From positions 1-59,320 of the forward strand of contig JAZNBQ010000044.1 of the NCBI GenBank assembly GCA_045587065.1: a stretch of 59,320 nucleotides of DNA. The letters are read 5' to 3'. The DNA is from Acutalibacteraceae bacterium. Lineage in GTDB: Bacteria; Bacillota; Clostridia; Oscillospirales; Acutalibacteraceae. Shown here in pieces: positions 59,044-59,320 of this stretch. Numbering within the stretch: the stretch's first letter is position 1; every line of letters begins with the position of its first letter. The notes beneath the pieces were generated by a model. The model searched no databases. It was not told where the DNA came from and worked only from the letters and a program-made list of their open reading frames with translations. Made by a program: the position numbers and the translations under genes.

Positions 59044-59320
59044 ATGGCAAACACAACAACAAAAAACACAGGCGCAAAAACTGCACCTGCTAAAAAGGCA
59101 ACTGCACCTGCAGCCGTAAAGGCAGAAGCTCCAAAGGCTGATGCCCCAAAGACTGCAACCGTTAAAAAGGAGGAAAAGAAAATGGCACTTGAAGCATTAG
59201 GAATGGTAGAAACCAGAGGTTTAGTAGCAGCTATCGAGGCTGCCGATGCAATGGTTAAAGCCGCTAACGTAGAACTTATCGGCACCGAAAAAATCGGTTC
59301 AGGACTCGTATCTGTTATGG
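59044..59320 (+). CDS. BMC-H shell protein (PduA/EutM paralogue), 3'-truncated by the window end; possible 46-aa Ala/Lys/Pro-rich N-terminal extension
   Basis: The open frame runs from ATG 59044 to the window end. The BMC domain starts at ATG 59182, which has its own strong RBS (AAGGAGG, 8-nt spacing). The domain DNA is near-identical to 58411-58550. Confidence 0.75.
   Translation, partial: MANTTTKNTGAKTAPAKKATAPAAVKAEAPKADAPKTATVKKEEKKMALEALGMVETRGLVAAIEAADAMVKAANVELIGTEKIGSGLVSVM

Noticed and set aside
59025-59285. 86-aa minus-strand ORF rich in Ala.
   Set aside because: It is the antisense reflection of the Ala-rich BMC-H gene and its AKP-rich upstream frame. The plus-strand BMC domain is unambiguous.
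1-59320. Scan for CRISPR arrays, rRNA genes, transposases/IS elements and known riboswitches or T-boxes.
   Set aside because: No regularly spaced direct repeats, no rRNA-like sequence, no transposase-like ORF and no leader I could match to a known riboswitch class were seen. An Rfam/Infernal scan would be needed to be definitive.

Overview
This is a moderately low-GC Firmicutes/Clostridia-type chromosome segment, judged from Gram-positive sigma-A promoters, strong AGGAGG ribosome-binding sites, SpoVB-, Rex- and DUF421/DUF4363-type genes and anaerobe radical enzymes. All family assignments come from motifs read in the supplied translations and in the DNA; no database search was possible.

Layout:
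1. 1-4.5 kb: two tRNA-Leu genes flanking a metallophosphoesterase, a ceramidase-like hydrolase and a SpoVB-like flippase.
2. 4.55-27.96 kb: a ~23 kb same-strand Wzx/Wzy-type polysaccharide locus driven by a perfect consensus promoter. It holds a small phosphoglycosyl transferase, an HpcH-aldolase-like protein plus a D-2-hydroxyacid dehydrogenase, a UDP-GalNAcA module, two different ATP-grasp ligases, about five glycosyltransferases and an EpsG/Wzy polymerase. It also holds a pyruvyl transferase with an FrhB-like Fe-S protein, Wzx, an L-FucNAc-type fnlA-fnlB-[PF14907-like nucleotidyltransferase]-fnlC set, and manA.
3. 27.95-31.5 kb: small accessory genes. These are a SLOG/DUF1273 gene divergent from a ribbon-helix-helix gene, lexA-rnhA with an SOS box, a split TauE/SafE permease, and a PqqD-like plus S24/S26-peptidase two-gene operon.
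4. 31.5-39.3 kb: the conserved rimP-nusA-ylxR-ylxQ-infB-rbfA-nrnA-truB-ribF cluster.
5. 39.4-47.9 kb: envelope and secreted proteins, rex, DUF421/DUF4363, a promoter-sORF-terminator mini-gene, an S1 protease, an XRE switch, and tRNA-Arg with tandem decayed 3'-end duplications.
6. 47.9-51 kb: ung-tcdA-nth-EIIC-like.
7. 51.15-59.32 kb: a glycyl-radical diol-dehydratase microcompartment locus (GRM, fucose/rhamnose type). Three cargo enzymes carry encapsulation-peptide-like helices. The locus is cut by the window end.

No CRISPR array, rRNA, transposase or integrase was seen. The best candidates for undescribed biology are:
- the orphan PqqD-like/S24 peptidase operon, possibly linked to the PF14907-like gene inside the glycan locus;
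- the dual ATP-grasp, HpcH/2-HADH and pyruvyl-transferase/FrhB-like tailoring modules of the glycan locus;
- the Cys-rich linker and zinc-ADH cargo of the microcompartment.
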